A DNA stretch of 64,000 bases from contig CM120644.1 in the NCBI GenBank assembly GCA_051362555.1, positions 8,254,954 to 8,318,953 of the forward strand, in the 5' to 3' direction. Below are positions 27,869 to 40,638 of this stretch, piece after piece; the first letter of the stretch is position 1, and each line of letters begins with the position of its first letter. The translations under genes and the position numbers were made by a program. This DNA is from Lingula anatina. Its lineage: Eukaryota; Animalia; Brachiopoda. The notes under the pieces are model-generated. The model saw only the letters and a program-made list of their open reading frames with translations. It did no database searches and had not been told where the DNA came from.

Positions 27869-28377
27869 TATAACTAAGATTCAGCTAGGCAAAATTCTGA
27901 TTTCAAGAGGGTGGCTTTGGTGTGATTTTTTTCAGAAATCGAAGGTGGTCAGGACCCCCTGACACCCGACTAATTCTGCCACTGTTTGCCGTGCCATTTA
28001 ACCGGTTTCTAACAGGGGGAGTGGGAGGGGCTACTCCCTTTCACAGGTCCCAATGCACCCAAAAGTCCGCCCGGAAGGTTCCTAGTTAGATGACTTCAGA
28101 TACTTTTGCCTTCATTTTGTTTTACACTGAAATAACTGAGTGATTACTGAGATTTTGATTTCACCTGTGACGTTATAGAGCACGATGAGAGCCAAAGCGG
28201 TTCATACTTTAATAGCGGTTTAAGTTTTCAATAATCTATGCCATTTGAAAAGTCCACTGTGGAGTTGCCCCAGGCACTGTATGATCATATGAATAGTCTA
28301 AATAAGCAGGGGCCCAAGAAGGGTGGGCATGAAAAAGACTATAGCACCTGTTCCAGAATCTCCCTTTAGCGTTAAGG

Positions 28378-28592
28378 TATAGATAAAGTACGAGGCGCTA
28401 AGCTTTACGAGAAATAGAGCAGATAATTGGCGAGGCGAAATTTCTCGTAAAGCTCAGCGCCGAGTGCTTTATCTGGCTTAAAGCACGAGTAATTAACCCT
28501 GTGCACTGGTGCGTGAAACGCATTCGTGGATGACATGACTTTACACGAAGTAAAGCACGGCGCGACCTATTGTCTTTTGACAGGAGAGTGCT
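28378..28592. mobile_element. 215 bp insertion with TTAAGG direct repeats and an internal hairpin
   Basis: TTAAGG at 28372-28377 and 28593-28598; empty site GCGTTAAGGGAGAC in the sister copy at ~21236. Hairpin AGATAAAG..GCTTTACGAGAAAT/ATTTCTCGTAAAGC..CTTTATCT at 28381-28474. Confidence 0.75.
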
Positions 28593-29662
28593 TTAAGGGA
28601 GACTTAAAGTCGACCTTATACGAAATTTATATTCCAACACCTTTCTTTATCTCAATTGAAAGGAATCACTTAACAATCATCCTTGGCAAAGGAATCGGTC
28701 ATTTCTAGAATCTGCCCTTGCTTAAAGATTTCCTGTATTTTCGGCTGAGGATTCCTTAAAATATAAGGTTGGTCTGGAGTAACTTTTAGTCTTCCTTAAG
28801 CAGCCATCGTGTACAGTTCTCTTGTGAAAATCAGCTCCAAGGAGGACTATGTAAACCAACATGCCTACCTCATTTCAAAATAATTAAATTCAACTAGAAA
28901 AACACTCCGAGAGCGGAGACCTCTGCGAAGGCAGCAAAGTCTACACCCAATTTTCATTCTATAATGATTTAGTTTTTTGATTTTTGATTATTGATTGGTC
29001 ATTGATCCGGATCACCACCAATGTTTAGAAACATAAAAGTGTCTGATATAATAAGACAAATTATCCCCCTTTCACAAGAAAGCACCAACGCATAGGAATA
29101 ATTTGACAGACTTTCAAAGATGTTACCCAGTATCGTAAACGTGCATAATTTATTAATGCCTGGTGTCAAATCATGCGATCTAACCAACACCTGCTGGAAA
29201 GGCATCATTTATTTTGATAACAAAAACAAGATATACAGTTCTCAGAACCGTATAAGGGCATGCAGTTTCAACAATTTCCATCTACTGTCCCATTTTAACA
29301 GTATATTAATAAACTTCATGACGTTTAGAGAAACAAAACCTAGCACATCACTATAACATAATAAAAAATACTACTTTTACCTTGATGAGGAATATACGAT
29401 TGTTTCATTTCGACCTTTTTACTGTTCCTTGTATAACATGGTGGTTTTAATTAAATGTAAATGCTTTGAAATGCAGGCCTCTAAAAGCCATAATTATAGA
29501 TACAAACTGTTGCATTGTTACCCCGGTACTTTGCTGTAGTATCAGAACAATAATGACAAATATATATTAATTTTTTTTAGCTGTAAAGTCTTAACACTAA
29601 TGTAACATTTGCAATCATACATCCCCCACAATGAATGTAAAGGTTATTGCCGTAAACAAGAG

Positions 29663-32600
29663 TCAGGGACACAGGAAGCGGACTTCGTAGTCTTTGCACA
29701 ATTGTCCATTTGGTTGATCTCTGTTCACGCAGACCAGCCCGCCAGAGGGCGTGCACTTGGCTCTGATCTTCTGGCCCGCCGTATACCACCACTGCTTGGT
29801 TGCTTTGACGCGGCATTGGATATCTATTGGTTCACGGCCGGAGCACTAAAATAAAATCAGCAATATTCGTCACAGGGGATTAAAAAGTTTATCATTATAT
29901 GTCGCAGTGGACTAGATAAGAACAACCAGCGTCGGTATTGCCTCCATTCACTTACCAAAGAGACGATCAATACTGGATTCATAGATTAAATCCCTTTTGC
30001 AATAAATTTAACCGAAATTAGATAAGTGCTTAGCCTCGCCAAATATGCAACTTAACTGTATTCAACTTAACTGGTCGACGAATATGTGGCAAAAATGTAA
30101 TGTAAAGAAATAAGGGTCGAGGTTATATTGTAAAAATACATACACTACATACTTAAAACTGGAAAAGCACTCCGAGAGCGCAGACCTCCGCCAAGGCAGC
30201 GATTTTTGATTATTATTGATTATTAATTGATTATTGATCCGGATCACCACCAAAAATTAACCATCTCTACCTTGGCCGACTTCTGACAGTTCCTGCAAAT
30301 TTCATCAAAATCGGTCCACAACTTTTGAGTTATGTTGATGACAGGCGAACAAACAGACAAACAGGGGTGAGAACATAACCTCCTTGGCGGAGGTAATTAA
30401 GTCTTGGAACATGTATATGGTACGTGCCAGTGCGTACCGGATTATGTCCTCGTTTCCCCACGTATTCAAAGTCTCCACTACCGCTAGGGTTGTCTCTGTC
30501 CCACCAGGACGTCCACTTGGCGCACCGGCTACAATTACTGTTACCTGAAGCAGAGGCATTTCAATTAATGCTTTACTTCGCAATGCAATATATATAAACA
30601 TATGCAAGGCAAATTAAGCATTTTCCAGTCTTACTTCTAACAGATATTGCAAATTAAAAGGATAATAACTCTTCGTATGAGATTTTTATTTCACATTAAA
30701 AACATTGTGAACAACTCATAGAAATATAATATATTCTGTTTTACCACTAAAGCGACAGTTATAGCTATTATTCTGATATCTGAGCTTGTCTTTAGACAAC
30801 GTGACCTCCAGTGATGGCTATACTTTGTTAAAATCTCTTAAGAGATTATAACAAAAAAAAAAAAAAAAAAAAAAAAAACTTTAGAAAAAAACTGGGGACT
30901 AACTTTGAATGTAAAAATGGAGTCATTAACCATTGGTTAGTATGGGAAAATTGTTGTTTACTCCAGGAAAATTCATTTTTTGGCCAAAGCGAAGAGTTAT
31001 TATCCCTTTAAGCCAAGCCATGACAATAATTTTACACTTTCTTTGACTAGTAGACATTACTTTGATACTGTTAACAAGATTTACTTAGGTTTACATTCCT
31101 GGTACGTTTCACACGCAAAATTTATCAAATAGATATAACAAAATTTGTCAAATGAACATGCACGGTTCCCTGATAGAATTGCGTATTTTTTTCCTAATTT
31201 GTTCGTACAGAGACATACCGTAAACGGACGTAACTCCTTGGTAACTCTGAAAACAACTGATGCTGAGTCAGACTATCACTGTTTAATGTCTGATTCCCTG
31301 AATCTGCCCAACCACCACTCACCTATCGTAGGGCACTTGAACCTGACCTCGTAGTCCTTGCAGATCTTCTTGTTGACAGATGTAGTGCAGACCAACCCAT
31401 TCTCCCAGTTGCAGTCGTGGAAAGTGTTGTACCTGTCACCTGTTTTATAATAAGGGTAGCGGGAGCGTTTAGCGCGACATTGGGCGCACATTGTACGACG
31501 ACCACCGCAAAGATTATTTTTGGTAAACCTCTGGAAAATCAAAGTAGAAAACAATGCTAAAATGTGTACAAACTGTATTTAAGTCAAGAATGTCCGTGCT
31601 TAGTTATAACTGGCATCGAAAAAACTCAGTCCTCTAATGGTCTTATTTTTTTCTTGTTTTATTAATGATCGACAGTATAAATGTAGCCTTTAATAATTTA
31701 TTATCTTTGTTTTAAAACCTTGCATTCGTTTCATAAACAAATACATGTACCTTAATACAACCGCTATTCATTTAAAGATATACAATCAATAGTTTAAGGA
31801 AAGATCAACGGTATGAATATTACGTAATAACCTCGTGGGGACGCTTACCCGAAAGGCGCGTGTGCTCTCCCAGTCACCCGTACCACTAGGGTCATCTCTG
31901 TCCAGGAAGGATGTCCAAGACCCACCTGTAAACAAATGGAGTGACCATTAAAATGCATACATTGACAAACAAAGGGAAATAAAATTAAATTCGAGGAATA
32001 AATTGTGCAGTTTCACTTCAGCAAAGATAAAATAAGTCCACCAGTAAATTACAAAATTATCTTAACCGGACCATTGAAAGACAACGTTCAAATTTAAGGG
32101 TACAAATTTACCCTTTCTAGTCCACTGTGTGGACCAACCACGTGCATTATTTGATTTACAGCGGCACGAACCAATCACTGGACAGCTTATGCAGTCTCAC
32201 CCAGTGAAAACGCGCACAACTAACACAGTGGATATAAAGGCGTTCGATAATTTTGTTACAAAAAGCTTTATATCTTAAATTGATCCAAAGCTTTAAAGTT
32301 TTTTACGGACTGTTAAATGAAACAATTCAACCAGATTTTTGACCCACAGAGCTCTGAGTACTTACTTGTAGTGGGGCACAAGTATCTTATCTCATAGTCT
32401 TTGCAGGATCCCCCGCCCTGCTGGGAGTTAACGCACACCAGTCCTTTGGTAGGTGAACAGTGAATCACCAACTTATTGGGAGCCGTGCCAGTCCAGCGCG
32501 TAAACACATTAGTTGTCCCCTTTACGCGACACTGTGCTGCAATAGGTTTACATCCGCCACACACGTAACCTCGTTTCTAACAAAAAAAATCAAATTTGTT

Positions 32601-33225
32601 TTTGTTAACCTCTCATTTTCATTAAGACATTTTCGTGCTTATATCTCTTGTACAATATTTAAAACCATCAGCTTATGTTCGTATTTTGTACCATGTATTA
32701 GCTACTAACTCTTTAAATAAACCTCATGGCAGTTGTCTCTTACCTTCTGCGCATGCAAGTTTTCATAATCTCCAAGGCCTGAAGGGTTATCCCGGTCGTA
32801 CCAAGGGCTCCAAAAATGACCTGGAAGTGATGTCGAACACGAGATGAAATGTGACTTGTAGTCTATATTTAAATGAAAATCAAGAGTACAATCCTTTTAA
32901 AAATGTAGACAACTGGAATCTTTGGTGTCAACATCAGCAAGCCTTTTTCGATTTCAAATATGCACTGGGAGAAAAAAATACAAGACTGATATCTTTATTG
33001 CTTAAATTCTTTAATATCTGAATTAGTCATTGTCTCTTACTGCGCCAGATCCTTCTCAAATATTTACTGTGTAATGTAACTTTGCAAATATGCACTGGGA
33101 GAAAAAAATACAAGGCTTATGTCTTTATTACTTAAATTTTTGAATATCTTAAAAGAGCTGTTTATCTTACCCTGAACTGATGACAGTGCCAGGGCACAAG
33201 ACAGAGCGAGCAATACTAACTTCAT
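29663..33225 (-). CDS. WxxW gene C: secreted 3-domain WxxW protein, 305 aa, intact
   Basis: Exons 33171-33225, 32744-32820, 32366-32576, 31849-31925, 31323-31530, 30438-30544, 29663-29845. Same lengths as gene A; open frame ending YEVRFLCP*. Confidence 0.92.
30157..30397 (-). mobile_element. HINE-like element in last intron of C
   Basis: Same insertion as 23063-23301, copied with the duplication. Confidence 0.8.
30658..31007. mobile_element. Kolobok-like MITE, TTAA TSD
   Basis: Duplicate of 23561-23895. Confidence 0.8.
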
Positions 33226-33833
33226 GTTGAACCTAGTGTAAAATGGAAAAATTCAACAATCATTTTTCAGTGTGTGATATCTAATATGTAAAAAGGCATA
33301 TAAAGATATTAATAAAAAACACCTATGGCGCCTAATAGAAAAAAAAACAATAAAGTGGATTTAAAGATACTAAACGCATGGCGTTCCGACCCTTATTCAA
33401 GGCAGACATAGCGTTTAGTATATTTATAAACGACATCTTTTTGATACCAGTAGGAGCAAATTCCCATACAGAGCTATACTCTCACAATATAATACATTGC
33501 GACTATATATTACTTTAAAACGAATTCTTTTTCCATTTCCATTATACAAGACAATGAAGTAACTTTTACCAAAGTGAAAAATCAGCGTAACATGCGAGGG
33601 ATATAATGCTTGAGCAATTCGGGCCATCACGTACCATAGCCAATCTAGCGTACCTTCACATAACTGCATGGTAAAAACATAGGGCAGAAAAGTTGCATTT
33701 TCTATATAATTATCGATTTATTTCCTTTGGGACTCGCCAACAAATTAATAAGATGAGTAAACGTATCAGCATAATTTTAAGGGACTAAATTAAAAATATT
33801 CAGGCTTGTCTTAGTGGGGAAAAGGCATATTTA

Positions 33834-34022
33834 CCTTAAAGGTAGGGCGTGTCCTCTCTCTCACAGCGGCACGTGCTCTCACGCTCCGATTTGGTCCGGC
33901 TTCCGTCCAGCTGCCCAAGGCGATTGAAGATCCACGCAGAGAGATCAGCTTTTATACTGTGACACTTTCGCTCTCGTTGGCTCCACTTCACTACTTGTAA
34001 CAGTGCTAACTTGGGAACTTCC
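33834..34022 (-). promoter_or_regulatory. Gene C promoter and 5'UTR exon
   Basis: TATAAAA at 33950-33956; kB-like GGGAACTTCC at 34013-34022; donor AAG|GTAAAT. Confidence 0.65.
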
Positions 34023-34802
34023 ATTTGTTAAAAGGGGAGTAGGTGTTTTTATTTAGTGTGTGTGTGTGTTTTGGGGGATGTCAAAAGATCTGATAATGAT
34101 GCCCCATGATAGAACTATTATATAACTTCAAAAGTTCCGTTAAAAGTAATGCCCGTTTGTTTTTTATTCCTTTAGGAACTGTCTTAAAATACCCACATAC
34201 AGAGTAGACAATACTACCTCCAAGTAATAGATAGACCACGAGTCAGCGAGAGTTATGTGGCATACACGAGTGCTTAGCGCGAGTGGATGTCACATAACTC
34301 TCACTGGCTTGGAGTCTACCTATTACGTACATCCTTGAAATAAAAACAGTACAGTTCAGACGTAATAAGGACAAAAAAGACAGAAAGTGATGGGTACTCG
34401 TTCTTTTCAGTGTCTTTTGTTTCTCCAAATACTGCAAAGTTTAATTGTGAACACCTTCTCCCGATTTATGCCTAAACCGCAAACTATGGATAGATAGAAT
34501 TAAAAAACCAAATATTAGAAGAAAACTTTTATTAACTTCAAAGAGAACAATAACAACACTTTACTGATTAAATTCTACAATTTATTGCTGTATAAATTGG
34601 GTGTTTTTTTCGAAATGAAAGCAATGGTAATTTGAAACCAATCTCTACGTGGTTTAAATGTCAAATGCAATAAAATTTATTCTTTGCTAGTCAATTTTTC
34701 AACACCACATGACTTAAATCGAAGAGATATTAGGACACTACCACATGTAGTACATGCCGATGTATTAATTAATAGACGCATTTTTGGGTTGCATTGGCAG
34801 AG

Positions 34803-37242
34803 CTATGGGCACATGAAGCGGACTTCGTAATCTTTGCAAGTCTGCCCACTCGGCTGATCGTTGTTCACGCAGACGAATCCCTCAGAAGGCGTGCACTTGG
34901 TCTTGATCACCTGACCCGCTAAGTCCCAACGCTGATTGGTTCCCTTGACGCGGCACTCGATCTTGATTGGATCGTTGTTTGAGCACTGAAAATGAATGGT
35001 AAGTTTTTTAAAGTGAATTGCGATACCCTTTACAAAAAATGACATAATTTGTTGAACAACCATGGATCAACATTGGAGTGATATGTACATTTTCAACGCT
35101 GTCTAAAATCACAGCGTTTTCCTAGAAACTGTATTAGCAGTTACACATTAAGTTCAAGACTTCCCAATACGTAAAAGAGTACAAGATAATTTAATTTAAG
35201 TACAAGACAATAAAGCTTACGGGAATAAGAATAACAAACCGGAATTTAAAGTTATTATTCTACTATATTATTTCAAACACTGCACGTACAGGATTAAATC
35301 CGGTTTTCCCAACATGTTCCCAGTCCCCAGTACCGCTGGGGTTGTCCCTGTCGAACCAGGATGTCCACGTAGTGCCTTTGGGATAAAATACACTTTGATG
35401 ATTTTAATCATCAAATACAATTGAATGATATTAAAATATCAATCAACATAATTTTAATTGTTTCATTTGACTAAAAAAATGACAGAGGAATTGGTTTGAT
35501 GTCAATATGGACGTGCATTTGACAAAGAAGTGCAACCCCTGATTCTCTAAACATCTCTGTTTTCCTTATGTAGAAGAGCACAATTACAACCGACGGCGTC
35601 ACAACTAACACAATCTTCCATATACATACTTGTAGACGGACACTTGTATCTTATCTCATAGTCTTTGCAGCACCCAGTGTTCTGGGAGTTGCGGCAGACC
35701 AGGCCCTTAGAGGGCAGGCAGTGGTACATAAGGGTGTTCGGAGCTGTACCGGCCCAACGTGTGAACACAGTGGTGGTTCCCTTCACGCGACACTCTGCCG
35801 CGATGGGGTTGCAGTTCCCTCCACACACTTCACCTAATGCCTGTTACGCATAGACAAAGTAAATATACTAGTATTGTTGAATATCCAACCTAATGATTTG
35901 CACTACTGGCAGTATGTAGTGTTTGGAATATGGGTAGATGGAAAAATTGGTAATGGAGTTTTTAGATGCATAAGACTGAGCTGGCAAGTCCTTTACTCAA
36001 AATTAAGGGCTGATGCCATTCAAATTACATGATATTTAACATCACCATACAGTACCATACAGTATACCGTGAACAAGGATTGTAACCCTCCTCCCACTGT
36101 TCCCCTACCACCACCACCATCACAAGAAAACTTATTCTTTAACTAGGCGGGTAAAGTGTAAAATACCAAAACCAAGGGCAAAAATAGCCCAATACAGGTA
36201 AGAGTCGATTCACCTTTTGGCCAGATAAAGTTTCCCAATCTCCAGTCCCTGATGGGTTGTCGCGGTCAAACCAGTTGGTCCAGTAATGTCCTAAAAGAAG
36301 AGGAAAATTATATGGATTGTGACTGTTACCTAGCTGTGGTAACAATACATGTATTTGTTAAACTATAAAGCTCTTCTTAATGCAGAATACGATCGATAGA
36401 GGGTATTACATTGAAATTAATGTGGTTATATATGTCAATCTGGAATTAAGCATCAAAACGACAACTTCTGTAATTTAAATGACGAACTGAAAGGCTTGTA
36501 AGTTGTCGAAAAAAGCCCAATTCTTTATCCATCTTTTTACTTCCAAGGAACATAAACATGTTACATATATCTACCACTGCCCGTGATTTATCAACATATT
36601 TTGTATACTACTAATTTAAAATCAATCAAATAGTAAATGATACTAAAAAGAAGAAAAGAATGTAAAAATCTAAGCCACGCCCTGTCTGATTATTTGACAA
36701 TATATGTCTATCACATTTATATTTGGCGGGTAAAGGCATGCTGTGCTAAAAACAAACAATCCATGCCTTTCTGTAAAATGTGGTCGTATGGATTTGTGAT
36801 AAAAAACATTCATAAATGGATTAAAACACTTGATTTTATTGTTCACGTTACAAGTAACTTTCATTGAAAAAGTAAAAAGGTTATAAATTTAGGATACATT
36901 TGCTGTAGAATGACTAAATATCTAGGTGTTCATTAGATAAAAAACAGCATTTCACTGGCATTAACGAAATGTGCTTTAATTTATCTCTCAATGATATTTC
37001 CTTATTGAAAAGGTTTCTATAACGCATGATTTCTTATCCCGTCATCACAAGGTTTTGAAAGACTTGTTTTTATCTTAAGAGGATATTTGATCAGACGCAT
37101 ATACTTCTTCATTTACTTTTTAATAACTGAAAATCACGAGAACGGTTTATGAGAAATCGGTGCAATTGAAAAAGAAAAGAATGTAGTTACCTTGAACCTG
37201 AACCACCATCAGGATGCAATGTATCACTAAGATACCTGTCAT
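34803..37242 (-). CDS. WxxW gene D: secreted 2-domain WxxW protein, 202 aa
   Basis: Exons 37191-37242 (MTGILVIHCILMVVQVQ), 36214-36290 (YWTNWFDRDNPSGTGDWE), 35630-35840, 35290-35375 (WTSWFDRDNPSGTGDWE), 34803-34985. Total 609 nt, open frame. Confidence 0.92.
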
Positions 37243-37286
37243 GTTTTTGCTGAAACGAAAAGAAACATTATATAGTTAACTATACT

Positions 37287-37562
37287 CAGGCCTACCCAAC
37301 TACCAGACTCGGCACATAAGGATCCTGAATTAACCGGTATATCGGACCACACTACCCGGTTTCAAGGTGGGTGTCATATCGCATTTCGAAGTATCAGTCA
37401 GAACAGCGACAAGATGAGCCCGCGGTCGTCCTACAAAAATTGTTCTGGGGTATGATACTCCGAAATGCGATCTGACACACACCTTGAAAACGGGTAGTGT
37501 GGTCCGATATACCGGTTAATTCAGGATCCTTATGTGCCGAGTCTGGTAGTTGGGTAGGCCTG
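37287..37562. mobile_element. Palindromic MITE with ~100 bp arms and 5 bp TSD (ATACT)
   Basis: ATACT|CAGGCCTACCCAACTACCAGACTCGG...CCGAGTCTGGTAGTTGGGTAGGCCTG|ATACT, in the 5'UTR intron of gene D. Confidence 0.88.
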
Positions 37563-37774
37563 ATACTTACAAACTGTACTTCATTTTAAGTATATTTGAC
37601 TGTGTATTCTAAATGGAATTCATAGCATACGATTCACAGCATTTGCTTGACCAGGCCGTCTTCTTCTTCTTCAATGAGTTCAGCTACGTATACTTTTTGC
37701 ATATCGTTCAACCGAGAAGAAAAACTAATAACTGTCGCAGAACACACATTAAGCCAAATAAGTAGAAAACTTAC

Positions 37775-37935
37775 ATGTGCAACGTCTCTTTCGTGCGGTG
37801 CGGTGCTGTGTCCTTCTCTGCATTAAGCTACTAAAAGCCGTCTGTTAAAAAACCCGTTCCACGGGGTTTCAAAGATACGCCTTTGCTTTTATTACGTCAA
37901 AAAAAAAGGGACGACTTTGTCAATTATGCAAAGTT
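37775..37935 (-). promoter_or_regulatory. Gene D putative promoter and non-coding exon
   Basis: Donor CAT|GTAAGT at 37775; TAATAAAAG at ~37887-37895 (TATAAAAG in the paralog at 46678-46685); TGACGTAA and TTGCATAA motifs just upstream. Confidence 0.5.
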
Positions 37936-39332
37936 AAATGTATTCGCACTTTGACTGTTGACTTGAATAAGCTCCAAAAACAACTCTATTTCCTGCTACA
38001 CCTAGGGGTACCTAGAGGCGATAATATTTAATCGTACAATTTCTTTAAGAAAACTATTTAACTGCCCTCAGGTAGTTTAGACATATAATCAATTTGTCTC
38101 TCTATGTTTCGTTACAAAAACAGACATACAGATGATCACCGTGTCATAATTTGAAAATACGCGGAATTTAAAAAGATGCCAGGCACGACACAGCCATCTC
38201 ACCCTCGATCCAAACAAAAGAGGACCCTTGTTAATTTTTGCGGTATAACTGTGCAACCACACCTAAACTCGTCTCTGTCCTTCTGATAACACTGAAAAAC
38301 ATACCAAGGAGAAACGTCATCTATAAAGGCTTGGAAGCCATAAAATTTGTGGACTTCAGCGATTCTTCCCTCTCTTGATTTCGTTACAATAACGAAATGA
38401 CTTCCACTATGTTAACATTTGTGCTTGCTACGCCGTTTTTTTAAACTGTTTACATGGAATCCATTGTTACCCATCGACACCAACTATTCCTAATATATTT
38501 ATTATACCCCAAGTTGAAGCAAGCCTTTATCTTGGTTTTTTCAATGCTTTTAAACATACAATCACTATTGATTGGGGAATAATATCTTGCTCAATCGCGG
38601 GTTCCTTTTTTAACCACGCGTGAATTTCTGTCAACACTTTCAAACCTGTTGAGAAATTTGCAGCAACCACCACATTTAATGTAAGCACAGTAATTCACAG
38701 GTATCAAGGTCCTGAAAATGTCACATTCTCTTTGTTAAAATGCTTTATGTTATTTGCCTCTAAGCTAACATCGTGACTGTTTTATGTATCTGCAATTCTA
38801 ACTACAGTGAGTCCTAAAAATAAGGTGATCGGTGGACCCTATTTTGCAAAGGTCGACTGACTCATACATTCTAGCTACTATATGTAAAGAAAGTGATTAT
38901 TTATCTTATGTTCACTTTTTTAGTTTGTGTTTTCTTTTTACTGTTTAAGATACTCGTAACAGGATGTACCCCCATTAAAAAAACACGTGTTTTCACATGT
39001 TGGGATGTGTTTTTGACATCAGGTACTTCAATTTTAATGATCTTCTAATTTACAAGGTCTTAATTGTGAAATACGAAAAGCTTTGCAGTATTTATAAACA
39101 CACAAAATATGACCATTTTTTTAGTTAATTGCAACAGTAATTTCAGTCAAAGAACAGCCAGCCAACAAAACGTTTAAGACTGATATTATGAAGCAGGTCT
39201 CTTTACATGTATCGGATGTGCTATTTGATGTACTATTTTTGAAGTTCTGTTGTGTGTCGTTCAATTGGGAATTGTCTGTTTCACATCCTCGTCCGCTGGA
39301 TGGTGATGGGATATAATGTTAGTGGGACATGT

Positions 39333-39510
39333 AACGGACACAGAAAACGAACTTCGTAATCGTAGCAATTATGCCCAGGTCGCTGTTTTCGCAGGTGAAC
39401 CATTCAGAGGGCGTGAACTTCACCCTGGTGACCTGCCCTGCCTTATCCCAAGGCTGCTTGGTTCATCTGACGCGACATTGGATGTCAAATGGTTCATGGT
39501 AAAAACCCCC
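39333..39510 (-). pseudogene. Degenerate E-type WxxW last exon
   Basis: HEPFDIQCRVR*TKQPWDKAGQ..., with an in-frame stop and a frameshift. Its 3' flank is homologous to that of gene E. Confidence 0.8.
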
Positions 39511-39706
39511 GATAAAAGAGAGAAAATGCTTTTGTTTGATGGATAGATGGGTGAATGGATAGATATAATAAAACAATAAAATAGAAGAAAACTTCGTAAC
39601 ACGGACTTAAATCGACGAGACATCAGGAAACTACTATAGTAGAACATGTCGTTGTATTGATTAAGAGACACATTTTTAGGGGTTGCGTGTGCAAATTAAG
39701 CTCTAG

Positions 39707-40566
39707 TCAAATAAAGCGGACTTCGTAATCTTTGCGGGTATGCCCATTCGGCTGATCGTCGTGCAGGCAGACGAATCCCTCAGAGGGCGTGCACCTGATC
39801 CTGATCACCTGACCTGCTAGATCCCAACGCTGATTGGTTCCCCTGACGCGGCACTCAATCTTGATTGGATCGTTGTTGGAGCACTGAAAATAAATGATAG
39901 GTTTATAGTTATTTTGCGATATCCTTTACAAAGAAGTGTCATAATTCTGTTCAAAATCATAGGTCCAAATTGGAATACCCTAGCTACTGGGTGGAGGTAC
40001 ATATTTTCAGCACTGTCCAAAATGAACTGCATTTTTTTAAGAAACTGTAGTGGCAGTTATACCATAAGTTCAAGACCTCCGAAATAGATAATTTAGTTTA
40101 AGTACAAGGCAATAAAGCTAACGGTAATAAGAATAACAGAGCAGAATTTAAAGCTAATCTAATAGTACATTATTTCCCAACATGTTCCCAGTCCCCAGTA
40201 CCGCTGGGGTCGTCCCTGTCGAACCAGGATGTCCACGTAGTGCCTGTGAGATAAAATACACTTTGATGATTTTAATTATCAAATACACTTTAATGATATT
40301 AAAATGTCAATCAACATAATTTTATTTTATTTGACTAAACAATGACAGAGGATTTGGTTTGATGTCAATATGGACGTGCATTTGACAAAGAAGTGTAACC
40401 ACTGATTCTTTAAAAATCTGTTTTCCTAATGTAGCACAGCACAATAACAACCGACGACGTCACAACTAACACAATCTTTCATATCCATACTTACAGACAG
40501 ACATTCGTACATGTACTTCACCTTATGCCTGTTACATAGACATAATGCCTGTTACACATAGACAAA

Positions 40567-40638
<72 letters not shown>

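Larger units (their letters stand above)
20736..34957. repeat. Recent ~7.1 kb tandem segmental duplication (20736-27868 / 27868-34957)
   Basis: Long near-identical blocks offset by about 7090-7130 bp, e.g. identical ORF-track peptides at 22483/29577 and 25518/32635. A chimeric junction is visible at 27868. Confidence 0.92.

Noticed and set aside
20736-34957. The B/C duplication as a pure assembly artefact
   Set aside because: A specific chimeric junction, reciprocal insertions and copy-specific lesions favour a real duplication. Read data are still needed to exclude an artefact fully.
37860-37875. GGGGTTTC as a kB site for gene D
   Set aside because: It lacks the terminal CC, is degenerate in D', and sits at the expected TSS rather than upstream.
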